Assembly: GCA_035648055.1 (NCBI GenBank)
Contig: DASRMF010000060.1
Coordinates: 1,195 to 65,194 of the forward strand
Source of the DNA: Atribacterota bacterium
GTDB taxonomy: Bacteria > Atribacterota > Phoenicimicrobiia > Phoenicimicrobiales > Phoenicimicrobiaceae
Direction: 5' to 3'
Length of the DNA stretch: 64,000 bases
A program made the position numbers and the translations under genes. Under the pieces are notes generated by a model. It made no database searches. It was not told the origin of the DNA and saw only the letters and a program-made list of their open reading frames with translations. Below, piece by piece: positions 51,796-60,983 of the stretch (positions within the stretch are counted from its first letter, which is position 1; every line of letters starts with the position of its first letter).

Positions 51796-53118
51796 ATGAA
51801 AATATTAGGAATAATTACTGAATATAATCCTTTTCACAATGGCCATCTTTACCATCTTTTTAAAGCAAAAGAAATAACCGGGGCAGATTATGTAGTGGCA
51901 GTCATGAGCGGAAACTTTTTGCAGAGAGGAGAACCGGCAATTATAAATAAATGGGCCCGAACAAAGATGGCACTAAATGCCGGTGTTGATCTGATAATTG
52001 AGCTGCCTTTTGTTTTTTCTACTCAGGATGCAAACGGCTTTGCCTTTGGAGCAGTCAAATTACTTGATTCGCTTCAGATTATAGATTATCTATGTTTTGG
52101 CTGTGAAACTGATAATCTTGATACCCTTTACTCTGTAAGCAATTTTTTGCATATTGAACCACAGAAATATAAAGAACTGATAGTACATAATAGTAAAAAC
52201 GGATACGAATTTCCAAGGGCAAGGGCTCAGGCCTTATGTGAGTATCATAGGATATTCGGAATAGAAGGTTTAGAAAAAATATCACCTTTAGAGCTAAGTA
52301 CATTACTAAAACACCCCAATAATATTTTAGCTTTAGAATATATAAAACATCTAATAAATTTAAAGAGCAAAATCAAACCTATAGCCATAAAAAGAATAGG
52401 AGCAGGTTATCATCAAAAGAATATTAAAGGTAAAATTTCCAGTGCCACCTCTATTAGAAATGAAATACTAAATAGCTTGGGCTCCCCTAAAACCGACCTT
52501 TTTATACTAAATGATAAAATAAAATCAACCATTCCTCAATCAGAATTTCCTATATTAGAGAAAGAATTAAGAGAAGGTAGAGGCCCTATCACCTTCGATT
52601 CTTTCCGGCAATATATTCTTGCTACCCTGAGAAAGATGCCATTGGAAGACATTTCTCATATTCAGGGAGTAACCGAGGGATTGGAAAATCGAATAAAGAA
52701 AGCATCTTTAAAATCCTGCACCGTTGAGCAATTAATTAATTCAATTAAAACCAGGAGATACACCCGTACTAAAATTCAACGCATAATCCTACACCTTATG
52801 ATGAACCTCTCTAAAAAAGATGTAAAAATATTTAATAGATGCGGACCTTTATATGCAAGGGTTTTGGGATTCTCCAGGAAAGGGAAAACTCTATTAAGAA
52901 CCATTAAAAAAATTTCTTCTACACCATTAATCAGTAAATTATCAAATTATTTAAGGCAAACAATCTCTGAGGAAAATAACAATGTTCGAAATAGATTAAT
53001 TAAGATGCTCGAACATGACATTCTTGCTACTGATATATATGTTCTTGCTAATGAAAAAGCAGAAGATAGGGTGGCTAGACTTGATTTTACCCACAAAATA
53101 GTAATAAAAAAAGACTAG
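51796..53118 (+). CDS. tmcAL: tRNA(Met) cytidine acetate ligase TmcAL (YlbM/DUF795 family)
   Basis: 440 aa. The N-terminus EYNPFHNGHLYH ... VAVMSGNFLQRGEPAIINKWARTKMAL is close to B. subtilis YlbM. It is one of only two +-strand genes in the window. Confidence 0.85.
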   Translation: MKILGIITEYNPFHNGHLYHLFKAKEITGADYVVAVMSGNFLQRGEPAIINKWARTKMALNAGVDLIIELPFVFSTQDANGFAFGAVKLLDSLQIIDYLCFGCETDNLDTLYSVSNFLHIEPQKYKELIVHNSKNGYEFPRARAQALCEYHRIFGIEGLEKISPLELSTLLKHPNNILALEYIKHLINLKSKIKPIAIKRIGAGYHQKNIKGKISSATSIRNEILNSLGSPKTDLFILNDKIKSTIPQSEFPILEKELREGRGPITFDSFRQYILATLRKMPLEDISHIQGVTEGLENRIKKASLKSCTVEQLINSIKTRRYTRTKIQRIILHLMMNLSKKDVKIFNRCGPLYARVLGFSRKGKTLLRTIKKISSTPLISKLSNYLRQTISEENNNVRNRLIKMLEHDILATDIYVLANEKAEDRVARLDFTHKIVIKKD

Positions 53119-53152
53119 ATTATTTCTTATCATTCATAATAATTTTTCACCT

Positions 53153-54145
53153 TTATAATTTTATTAATTTCATTATTGCATCATCAAAATCATCAACCGG
53201 AATGATTCTAATACCATGACTGAATTTAAGAGCTTCTGGATAATTTTTTTGAGGGACTAAAAATACATCAGCTTTATGTTTTTTTGCAGATATTATTTTT
53301 TGTTTAATTCCATCTACTTCGGTTATTCTCCCATCCATACTTAAATTACCGGTTCCGGCAACCAACAAGCTACTGCTTAGATCATTTTCGGTTAATTGAT
53401 TCAATATTTCTAAGGCAATCATCAAACCAGCAGAAGGCCCTTTTATTTTTTCTAAATTTATTTCTATTTCTAAAGGGAACCTGCATTGAAGATCTTTAGT
53501 ATCAGCATAGACACCTATCCCTATTCCTCCTGTTTCATCTTCAGCGCTAGGAAGTTCAATAAGAGAAATTGATGATGAATAAGTACTGTTATCTCTTAAA
53601 AAAGTAATTCTAACTATTTGGCTTGAATTATAACTTCTAATAATTTCTGAAAATTCTTCCAGAGTATAAACCGGTTGCTCGTCAATTTTTGTAATCACGT
53701 CACCCGATAATAATTTATTTTTTGCCGAACTGTTATCCAATATTCCGTTAATCAATATTCCTCTTCCAGATATTTCCGGAGTATACCCTGCTTTCCTTAA
53801 AGCTACAACTTTAGAATTCATCTGGCTTTCCTGCATTAATTTTTCCATTATATTAGTATGATCTTTTTTAGCTATATTCAATAATGTTTCATCATCTCTA
53901 TTTTTTAAATCGATATTAGGATCAAAAAAACCATAAAGATATAATAACAAATTTGCTTTTATTATGGCAGTTGAAGTGAGCAGAAATTGGCCTTTAGCGT
54001 CTTTTTCGCCATTTTCTACCGTAATTTTTTCACTAAGATTGATGGCCTGCCCGGGGATTACCAGGTAATAGGGGGTCGGGATTAGACTAAGTAAAATTAG
54101 AAATGTGATGATAATAATTATAAAATATCTTTTGAAATAGTACAT
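53153..54145 (-). CDS. YlbL-like membrane-anchored PDZ + Lon-C (S16) protease
   Basis: 330 aa. N-terminal TM helix, PDZ domain, and a Lon proteolytic domain with the GPSAG serine motif. Confidence 0.8.
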   Translation of the reverse strand: MYYFKRYFIIIIITFLILLSLIPTPYYLVIPGQAINLSEKITVENGEKDAKGQFLLTSTAIIKANLLLYLYGFFDPNIDLKNRDDETLLNIAKKDHTNIMEKLMQESQMNSKVVALRKAGYTPEISGRGILINGILDNSSAKNKLLSGDVITKIDEQPVYTLEEFSEIIRSYNSSQIVRITFLRDNSTYSSSISLIELPSAEDETGGIGIGVYADTKDLQCRFPLEIEINLEKIKGPSAGLMIALEILNQLTENDLSSSLLVAGTGNLSMDGRITEVDGIKQKIISAKKHKADVFLVPQKNYPEALKFSHGIRIIPVDDFDDAIMKLIKL

Positions 54146-54227
54146 TGTTTCTCTTTATTCTAAAGGTAGATTTTTACTCCGATTTAATAATAAATATTTT
54201 CTATAAAAAAACGATGGAATTGATTTG

Positions 54228-54716
54228 TTAAGCTTTTTTATTAATAAATAATGTATTTAATTTTTTCTCTACAATTTTCGGGACCAACTGGGATATGTTG
54301 CCATTTAAACTTGCTATTTCTTTAACTATACTGGAATTTAAGTAGGAATACCTGGAACAAGTAACCATAAAAATTGTTTCAATTTCCGGAGCAAGTCTTT
54401 TATTCATTAAAGCCAATTGGGATTCATGTTCAAAATCAGAGATAGCTCTCATCCCCCTGATTATAATGTTTGCTTTATTTTTTCTCACAAAATCAGTTAA
54501 CAAACCGGAAAATGACAGTACTTCAACATTTTCCAAATTCTTGGTGACCTCTTTTATCATATCTGTTCTTTCTTGGGCTGAAAACAAAGTTGATTTTTTA
54601 GAATCGACTGCTACTGCTACTATTAATTTATCAATAATTTTTGTGGTTCTTTCAATAATGTTTAGATGGCCATTAGTAACAGGATCAAAACTACCTGGAT
54701 AAACAGCTATTTTCAT
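54228..54716 (-). CDS. coaD: Phosphopantetheine adenylyltransferase
   Basis: 162 aa. Motif YPGSFDPVTNGHL. Confidence 0.93.
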   Translation of the reverse strand: MKIAVYPGSFDPVTNGHLNIIERTTKIIDKLIVAVAVDSKKSTLFSAQERTDMIKEVTKNLENVEVLSFSGLLTDFVRKNKANIIIRGMRAISDFEHESQLALMNKRLAPEIETIFMVTCSRYSYLNSSIVKEIASLNGNISQLVPKIVEKKLNTLFINKKA

Positions 54717-54905
54717 TTTTCCCTCCTTAAAATACAGACAGTATCGAGTATCGCGTGAAGAAAATTAGATTTCAAATTGCTAAACGTTTTATCATATGCA
54801 CCCCTAATTTTCTCTCACTTCCAATTTCTTAGCCAGTTAACTAACCAATTTATTAATTGTATACGCTCTACGCTAATTCTCCTAACCATTTAACTAGTTA
54901 ACTAA

Positions 54906-55463
54906 TTAAATATTAACATATTCATAAAAAGATAGAAAGCACTCTCCGTATCTTCTTTGATTATTTAACCTCAAATTAGCTAATTTTTCCATAATTTTTT
55001 CCTTTTTGTAATGTTGAGCAATCACCAAACCATTGTGCCTCAATATAGGGAATTTTGATATCTCTAATAGAGATATGTTTACCAGTCCTTTGTCGTAAGG
55101 AGGGTCAAGAAAGATAAAATCCAATAAATAATTTTTTTTAGCTAATAGTTTTAAACCGGACAAAAAATCTATCTTGTAAATTATAGCATTTTGGCTATTT
55201 TCTGTTTTTTCTAAATTATCTTTTATAATTTTTATGCATTTTTGTTCTTTTTCAATAAAGATTGCTTTTTTTGCTCCCCTGCTTAAGGCTTCGATTCCTA
55301 CTGCACCGGTGCCTGCAAATAGATCTAAAAAACAGGTTTCATTGACAGATGTTCCTAAAATATCAAATAAAGCTTCCCTCACCTTTTCAGAAGTAGGACG
55401 AACAGATAAATCCTTAGGCGATTTTAATATATTACCCTTATTTTTTCCAGCAACAATTCTCAT
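54906..55463 (-). CDS. rsmD: 16S rRNA (guanine966-N2)-methyltransferase RsmD
   Basis: 185 aa with a DPPY motif and SAM-binding LDLFAGTGAVGIEALSRGA. Confidence 0.88.
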   Translation of the reverse strand: MRIVAGKNKGNILKSPKDLSVRPTSEKVREALFDILGTSVNETCFLDLFAGTGAVGIEALSRGAKKAIFIEKEQKCIKIIKDNLEKTENSQNAIIYKIDFLSGLKLLAKKNYLLDFIFLDPPYDKGLVNISLLEISKFPILRHNGLVIAQHYKKEKIMEKLANLRLNNQRRYGECFLSFYEYVNI

Positions 55464-55478
55464 AATTTCACCTCAACT

Positions 55479-55501
55479 CGTATTGCGTATCGAGTATCGT
55501 G
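55479..55501. repeat. Heptamer repeats CGTATTG-CGTATCG-AGTATCG (CGATACG family, reverse orientation)
   Basis: Read from the sequence. Confidence 0.75.
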
Positions 55502-55536
55502 TAGTAGTTATTCAATTACCCTGTCAGCAAGTCAAA

Positions 55537-55582
55537 TTAGTTTTTAGTTACTGGTTTTTAGTTTTTAGTTGTTAGTTTTAGA
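55537..55582. repeat. Degenerate tandem repeats of GTTTTTAGTT / TTTTTAG (about 5 units)
   Basis: ttagtttttagttactggtttttagtttttagttgttagttttag. Confidence 0.75.
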
Positions 55583-55667
55583 TAAAGAAATCAATTTACG
55601 ATTTTCGGTTTTCTTAACCAACTATCCAACTATACATGCTATCTGCTATTTTTCTTAATGCAATGCT

Positions 55668-55688
55668 CGATACGCGATACGCGATACG
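55668..55688. repeat. (CGATACG)x3 tandem heptamer repeat, homologous to 10651-10673
   Basis: cgatacgcgatacgcgatacg followed by aaatt. Confidence 0.8.
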
Positions 55689-55730
55689 AAATTGGCTTCT
55701 GAATTCTGACTGCTGGCTCCCTTATTCTTT

Positions 55731-55760
55731 CTTCTTCTTCTTCTTCTTCTTCTTCTTCTT
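55731..55760. repeat. Perfect (CTT)10 trinucleotide microsatellite (~13 units including the imperfect 5' flank)
   Basis: cttcttcttcttcttcttcttcttcttctt is a homopyrimidine/homopurine tract, ~145 bp upstream of rpmB. Confidence 0.9.
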
Positions 55761-55902
55761 TCCTTAACTAATTAACCGGGTAACCAAATAACCAGCTAAC
55801 CAAATGTCGTGAATTTTAAATAATTACTTGCCAAGACTTCATATAATATGATAAAATAGCTACTGTTAAATATTTTTTATAACTAACAGGAGGAAATATA
55901 AA

Positions 55903-56091
55903 ATGGCAAAATGTGATATTTGCGGTAAAGGTCCGCAATTTGGCAATAAAATAAGCCACTCTCATAGAGTTACTAAAAGAATGTGGCATCCCAATCTTCA
56001 AAAAATAAAAGTTAATATTGATTCTACCGTAAAAAGAATTAATGTCTGCGCTAAATGCTTAAAGGCCGGCAAAGTAAAGAAAAGTGCTTAA
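55903..56091 (+). CDS. rpmB: 50S ribosomal protein L28
   Basis: 62 aa, [33 protein letters not shown]. Strong AGGAGG RBS. Confidence 0.92.
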   Translation: MAKCDICGKGPQFGNKISHSHRVTKRMWHPNLQKIKVNIDSTVKRINVCAKCLKAGKVKKSA

Positions 56092-56930
56092 CCATACCAT
56101 TCTTTAAGTTTATCAATAATTTCATTAGTTATCCAATCAGGAGTAGAGGCACCACTGGTAATTCCAACTTTATCTTTAGGATGAAACCATTTATATTTTA
56201 GTTGGTTTTTAGTTTCTATATGATAGGTCTTTACTCCCTGATTCTTACTTATTTCTGCTAATCGGGTTGTATTCGCGCTTTCCTTTCCTCCGATCACCAA
56301 CATCACATCTACTTCACTCGCTAACTCAAGTACGCTTTTTTGTCTTTCTGTTGTAGATTTACATATTGTATTAAATATTCTTAATTCCTCAGCTCTGTTT
56401 AACAAAGAAGATGCCAATTTATAAAAATCATAAACATTTTTGGTGGTTTGAGATATAAAACCAATTTTTTTCTTTGTAGTTATTCTCTCTACCTCGTGAA
56501 TTGAATTTACCACTAAAGCATTATTTTGAATCGTATCCAATAAACCTATTACTTCCGGATGTTTTTTATCCCCATAAATAACTATAAAATAATCCTTTTT
56601 GTATAAACGGTTTACTATCTTTTGGGCTTTTCTAACATATGGACAGGTAGTATCAACTACAGATAATTTTTTTTGGTAGGCCTTTTTAAGGATTGTGGGA
56701 GAAATACCGTGCGCCCTAGTTATAATCGTGCTTTCTTTCAGAACTTCATCTAAATTATTTGCTATCTTTACTCCCTTTTTTGTAAAATATTCTATAACCT
56801 GGGGATTGTTTATTATTGATCCCAGCATATAAAGATTATCTTTTCTTTCTTTTAAGGCATTTTTTGCTAAGTTTACAGATTTTTTAACTCCGAAACAAAA
56901 CCCCATTTTTTTAGATAATATTATTTTCAA
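56088..56930 (-). CDS. ispH: 4-hydroxy-3-methylbut-2-enyl diphosphate reductase
   Basis: 280 aa. The N-terminal GFCFGV motif and LytB family conservation. Confidence 0.9.
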   Translation of the reverse strand: MKIILSKKMGFCFGVKKSVNLAKNALKERKDNLYMLGSIINNPQVIEYFTKKGVKIANNLDEVLKESTIITRAHGISPTILKKAYQKKLSVVDTTCPYVRKAQKIVNRLYKKDYFIVIYGDKKHPEVIGLLDTIQNNALVVNSIHEVERITTKKKIGFISQTTKNVYDFYKLASSLLNRAEELRIFNTICKSTTERQKSVLELASEVDVMLVIGGKESANTTRLAEISKNQGVKTYHIETKNQLKYKWFHPKDKVGITSGASTPDWITNEIIDKLKEWYG

Positions 56931-57636
56931 TTTGTTTTTCCTCTGTCTTTTTTTTGCTTTTTATTATCTTTAAAATCTCATCTTTAACTTCCTCAATGCT
57001 TTTTTCTGTAGAATCTATAAGAATAGCATCTTTTGCCCTAATCAAAGGAGCATATTTTCTCTTGCTGTCGATTTTATCTCTCTGTACTATCTGTTTCTTA
57101 ACTTCTTCATAATCCAAATTATAACCTTTATCTATAAGTTCTTTATATCTCCTCTTAATTCTTTCCTCCTCAGAAGCAGTAAAATATAATTTTAAATCTG
57201 CTTTTGGTAAAATTACCGAACCTATATCTCTACCTTCCATTACAATATTCCCTTTTTTGGCTAATTTTCTCTGTAAATGAATTAACTGTTTTCTTATTTT
57301 GGGTAGTCTAGCTATTTGAGAAACATTTCGATCAATTTTTGGATCGCGTATTTTTTCAGTTACATCTTCTTCGTCAACAAAGATATGGTAATAATCTTTC
57401 AAACTATTAGTATTTGTTTTTTTGATAGTTATGCAGGTGTTTGAAACTATATCGGAAATCATATTTTCATCGTTTATGTCAATATTATTTTTTAAAACTT
57501 TCCAGGTTATCGCCCGGTAAATTGCTCCTGTATCAATATATGTATGGCCCAATTCACGAGCAATTAATTTACCCATAGTACTCTTACCTACGGCAGCCGG
57601 TCCATCTATTGCGATTATTAAACCATTTTTTTTCAT
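56911..57636 (-). CDS. cmk: Cytidylate kinase. Start re-assigned to the ATG at 57636.
   Basis: MKKNGLIIAIDGPAAVGKSTMGK gives a P-loop at the N-terminus as in Cmk. GGAGAA RBS lies upstream. The 40 aa ORF-track extension is a translation of intergenic repeat DNA. Confidence 0.85.
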   Translation of the reverse strand: MKKNGLIIAIDGPAAVGKSTMGKLIARELGHTYIDTGAIYRAITWKVLKNNIDINDENMISDIVSNTCITIKKTNTNSLKDYYHIFVDEEDVTEKIRDPKIDRNVSQIARLPKIRKQLIHLQRKLAKKGNIVMEGRDIGSVILPKADLKLYFTASEEERIKRRYKELIDKGYNLDYEEVKKQIVQRDKIDSKRKYAPLIRAKDAILIDSTEKSIEEVKDEILKIIKSKKKTEEKQIENNII

Positions 57637-57700
57637 AAATTTATCAATTCTCCAATTAACTAATGAACCAATTCTCCAATTTACCGATTGACTAACAATG

Positions 57701-57826
57701 GATGTAATGTGTAATATGTGATAAGTAACATGTAATAAGTAACCGTTTTTACACATTCATAAATATAATCTTATTACTCATTACACATTACTTATTACTG
57801 TATTTTATACTCGATACTGTATACTG
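57701..57826. repeat. Dyad-symmetric intergenic element, copy B, homologous to 32137-32242
   Basis: Left arm gtaatgtgtaatatgtgataagtaacatgtaataagtaac, a spacer containing gtttttacacattcataaatataat, right arm cttattactcattacacattacttattactgtattttatac, and tail tcgatactgtatactg. The 12 bp match gtaatgtgtaat/attacacattac and the 11 bp match gtaataagtaa/ttacttattac are exact complements. Confidence 0.75.
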
Positions 57827-58552
57827 CTAAACAATTTTCTTCAGACTTTTAATTTCTTCTTTATTTAAATACCTATACTCTCCCGGTTTCACGTCCTTTA
57901 AGGAAATAGGACCTGTCTGAATTCTTCTCAGTTTTAAGACAAAATGTCCAATGAATTCAGCCATTTTTCTAATCTGTCTTTTCTTTCCTTCTTTTATTTT
58001 TATTTTTAATATGGCATTTCCGTTAATAGTGTTTAACAAGTAAATACTGCAGGGAGACAACTTATAATTGTTTTTTAAAGTTACTCCTTTTGATAAAAAT
58101 TTTAATTTTTCAGAGGAAGGGATCCCTTTTAATTTAACAATGTAAACTTTTTCTACTTCTTTTGATGGATGAGTTAAGGCGTAGGTCAACTCACCGTCAT
58201 TAGTAAAGATTAATAATCCTTCAGAATCATAATCTAATCGACCAACCGGATGCACTCTTTCTTTTACGTCTTTCAGTAAATCCATCACTGTCTTTCTGCC
58301 AAAAGGGTCAGATAAAGAAGTCAAATAACCTTTAGGCTTATTTAGCAATATATAACTATAATGCTTATCCTCTTTATATTTTACTAATTTATCATCAACT
58401 TTAATAATATCTTTTTGAGGATCAACCTTAGTTCCCAACTCAGTAACGACAAAGTTATTTACCTCAACTCGACCCTGAAGGATAAGTTCTTCACATTTTC
58501 TCCGGGAAGCAATCCCTGCTCCCGCCAAATATTTTTGTAATCTTTCAATCAT
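57827..58552 (-). CDS. rluB: Pseudouridine synthase (RluB/RsuA family)
   Basis: 241 aa. N-terminal S4 domain (LQKYLAGAGIASRRKCEELI) followed by a RsuA-type catalytic domain. Confidence 0.88.
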   Translation of the reverse strand: MIERLQKYLAGAGIASRRKCEELILQGRVEVNNFVVTELGTKVDPQKDIIKVDDKLVKYKEDKHYSYILLNKPKGYLTSLSDPFGRKTVMDLLKDVKERVHPVGRLDYDSEGLLIFTNDGELTYALTHPSKEVEKVYIVKLKGIPSSEKLKFLSKGVTLKNNYKLSPCSIYLLNTINGNAILKIKIKEGKKRQIRKMAEFIGHFVLKLRRIQTGPISLKDVKPGEYRYLNKEEIKSLKKIV

Positions 58553-58553
58553 G

Positions 58554-59036
58554 TTATTTAATCCCTATTTCGCTTAATTTAGGAAGATCATTAATTTTTT
58601 TTAAGCCAAAATGTATTAAAAAAAAGTCCGTAACTTTGTAAAGTAAAGGATTTCCAAGTGCTTTCTTTCTCCCGCTAATTTTTACAAATTTGTGCTTTAG
58701 TAAATTAAATAAAACCCCTGTGCAACTTACTCCCCTTATCTTTTCAATTTCTAAACGTGTTACCGGTTGATTGTAGGCAATAATAGCCAGAGTTTCAAGG
58801 GCTGCTTTAGAAATTTGATGCTTTCTTTTATTTTCTAAGATTTTTTTTACCCAGACAGAGTACTGTGGCTTGGTTCCCAGTTTATACCCACCGGCAATTT
58901 CATATATTTTAAATGGCCTACCATCATCGTTATATTTTGAGATTAATTCATTAATAATCGGTCTACTTCTTTTTTTCTCAAGATCGGTAATCTCTTTTAT
59001 CTTGTCAAGGGTTAATGGATTATTATATACCAGCAA
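58554..59036 (-). CDS. scpB: Segregation and condensation protein B
   Basis: 160 aa, ScpB winged-helix family. Confidence 0.85.
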   Translation of the reverse strand: MLVYNNPLTLDKIKEITDLEKKRSRPIINELISKYNDDGRPFKIYEIAGGYKLGTKPQYSVWVKKILENKRKHQISKAALETLAIIAYNQPVTRLEIEKIRGVSCTGVLFNLLKHKFVKISGRKKALGNPLLYKVTDFFLIHFGLKKINDLPKLSEIGIK

Positions 59037-59047
59037 TAAGCATTCTA

Positions 59048-59842
59048 TTATATTGCTCCATTTTGAATTGTTTCTTGATTTTTCTTTAACTTTAAAGCAT
59101 CTCCTTTCAAATTGAACATTATCCTATCAAAGTTTTTCTTCTGATAACATCTTATCTTTTTTAAATATATAAGTTCTAATAAAGAAAGAAAAATAACAAT
59201 AATTTCTAACTTACTCTGAGCCCTTTCCATGAAATAATCGAAAGATAATCCTTCTTTACTGCCCTTCAACAGATTAATTATTTCTTTCATCTTGGAAGCG
59301 GTAGTAAAAATCCTTTTTTTAAAGGGTATAAAATCTTCTTTCTTTGTATTCTGTAATACTTTATCCAAAGAAGTTAAAAGATCTGCTAAATCAACTTTCT
59401 GAATTTCTACACCATCTTCTTTATCATTGTTTTCTATCGCCGGAAAATAGATATTATTTTGGGTCCCTTCCCTTTCCTTTAAATATTTGACCACTTTTTG
59501 AAATTTATCATATTCCTGAAGATATGCCTCTTTTTCTTTTGAAATCATAAAATCATTATATTCATCATCTTCCTCTTCATTGGTTTTAACTTCCAGTTTA
59601 GGAAGAAGATTTTCTGATTTTATTTTTAATATTAGCGCTATTTCAGCAATGGTTTTACCGGTAATGCTCAGATCAATAGTACTCTTGTTTTGAATAACAT
59701 ATTTTAAATATTGATCTATTATTTCAGTAACAGGTACCTCTTCAATATCTATGATGTCTTCTTTTATATTTCTCAATAATTCGTCTACAGAACTATCTAA
59801 ATCATTAATATTTATCTTAAAGCCAACATCCTTATTATTCAT
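59048..59842 (-). CDS. scpA: Segregation and condensation protein A (kleisin)
   Basis: 264 aa, ScpA family, adjacent to scpB. Confidence 0.85.
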   Translation of the reverse strand: MNNKDVGFKININDLDSSVDELLRNIKEDIIDIEEVPVTEIIDQYLKYVIQNKSTIDLSITGKTIAEIALILKIKSENLLPKLEVKTNEEEDDEYNDFMISKEKEAYLQEYDKFQKVVKYLKEREGTQNNIYFPAIENNDKEDGVEIQKVDLADLLTSLDKVLQNTKKEDFIPFKKRIFTTASKMKEIINLLKGSKEGLSFDYFMERAQSKLEIIVIFLSLLELIYLKKIRCYQKKNFDRIMFNLKGDALKLKKNQETIQNGAI

Positions 59843-60821
59843 AATACAAATTCATAGCTCTTTTTGCTTCATCGAGAGTCTGTTTAGCTGTTTGCCTTGC
59901 CTTTTTACTCCCTTCGATTACAATTTCTCTAATTATTTTTGGATTTTTTTCATAATATCTTCTTTTTTCCCTAAAACCCTCAAACTTGTTTACTAAGGTC
60001 TGTGCCAACTTCTCTTTACATTCTACGCATCCCAATTTTCCTGATTTACACCCGGCAGATATTTCGTCAGTTTTTTGCGGATTAAACATCTCCTGATAAG
60101 TAAACACAATACAAATATCCGGATGTCCCGGATCATTCAACCTTATTTTTTGGGTGTCAGTTATCATTGTTTTCACTTTTGCTTTAATTTTTTCCGGAGA
60201 ATCGGATATGGAAATAGTATTTCCTAAGCTTTTACTCATTCTTTTTCCGTCAGTTCCCGGCACACGTGGAATCTTGGTCAATTTTACCTGGGGTAAAGGA
60301 AAAATATTCTTATAAAGATTGTTAAATCTCCGGGCTATTTCCCTAGCTAATTCTATGTGGTGTACCTGATCTTCTCCCACTGGTACCGCATTCGCTTTGT
60401 AGATCAATATATCTGTAGCCATTAGAACCGGGTATCCCAAAAGACCATAACTAATATTGTCTTTCAATCCTAAATCTCGTACCTGTTCCTTTAATACCGG
60501 ATTTCTTTCTAACCAGGGCAAGGGAGTAATCATGGAAAAAAGTAGGTGTAATTCTGCATGTTCCGGGACATAAGATTGTATCAATACAGTGCTTCTTTCG
60601 GGGTCAATACCTGCGCTAAACCAATCTATAAGCATTTCCTTAGTATTTTTATTTAAATCTTCAGTTTTATCATAACCAGTAGTTAGAGCGTGTAAATCTA
60701 CTACTCCAAAAAAACACTTATATTCTTCCTGAAGTTTTACCCAATTTTCTAAGGCACCTAAGTAATTTCCCAAGTGTAATTTGCCGGTAGGCCGCATTCC
60801 GCTGAAAATTATTTCTGCCAT
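59835..60821 (-). CDS. trpS: Tryptophan--tRNA ligase
   Basis: 328 aa. Class I motifs HLGNYLGA (HIGH) and KMSKS. Confidence 0.93.
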   Translation of the reverse strand: MAEIIFSGMRPTGKLHLGNYLGALENWVKLQEEYKCFFGVVDLHALTTGYDKTEDLNKNTKEMLIDWFSAGIDPERSTVLIQSYVPEHAELHLLFSMITPLPWLERNPVLKEQVRDLGLKDNISYGLLGYPVLMATDILIYKANAVPVGEDQVHHIELAREIARRFNNLYKNIFPLPQVKLTKIPRVPGTDGKRMSKSLGNTISISDSPEKIKAKVKTMITDTQKIRLNDPGHPDICIVFTYQEMFNPQKTDEISAGCKSGKLGCVECKEKLAQTLVNKFEGFREKRRYYEKNPKIIREIVIEGSKKARQTAKQTLDEAKRAMNLYYE

Positions 60822-60913
60822 TTAAAGTACTCCTCTCTTGTTTTTATTATTGAAAATAGTAAAAACCCATGATAAAAAACTCAAAACTTTTTTTGTCTTC
60901 TAGCTCCTGTGGG

Positions 60914-60927
60914 CACGATGCATCGTG
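60914..60927. promoter_or_regulatory. Perfect 14 bp palindrome CACGATGCATCGTG between the M50 protease gene and trpS
   Basis: Read from the sequence, in a GC-rich local context. Possible protein-binding site or hairpin. Confidence 0.3.
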
Positions 60928-60956
60928 TTCCTACTTTTTAATCCTAATTTTCTTCA

Positions 60957-60978
60957 CGCAATACGCAATACGCGATAC
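60957..60978. repeat. (CGCAATA)x2-CGCGATA heptamer array, copy of the TCTT(C)ACGC(GATACGC)n element
   Basis: tcttcacgcaatacgcaatacgcgatactaatt is homologous to 10640-10676. Confidence 0.8.
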
Positions 60979-60983
60979 TAATT

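Noticed and set aside
57637-57756. N-terminal 40 codons of the cmk track ORF
   Set aside because: It translates the TTAACYAA repeats and the dyad element. The P-loop N-terminus and RBS define the ATG at 57636.
60822-60983. T-box riboswitch upstream of trpS
   Set aside because: The region is only 162 nt and has no T-box consensus (AATTAGGGTGGNACCGCG-like) or specifier/antiterminator architecture.
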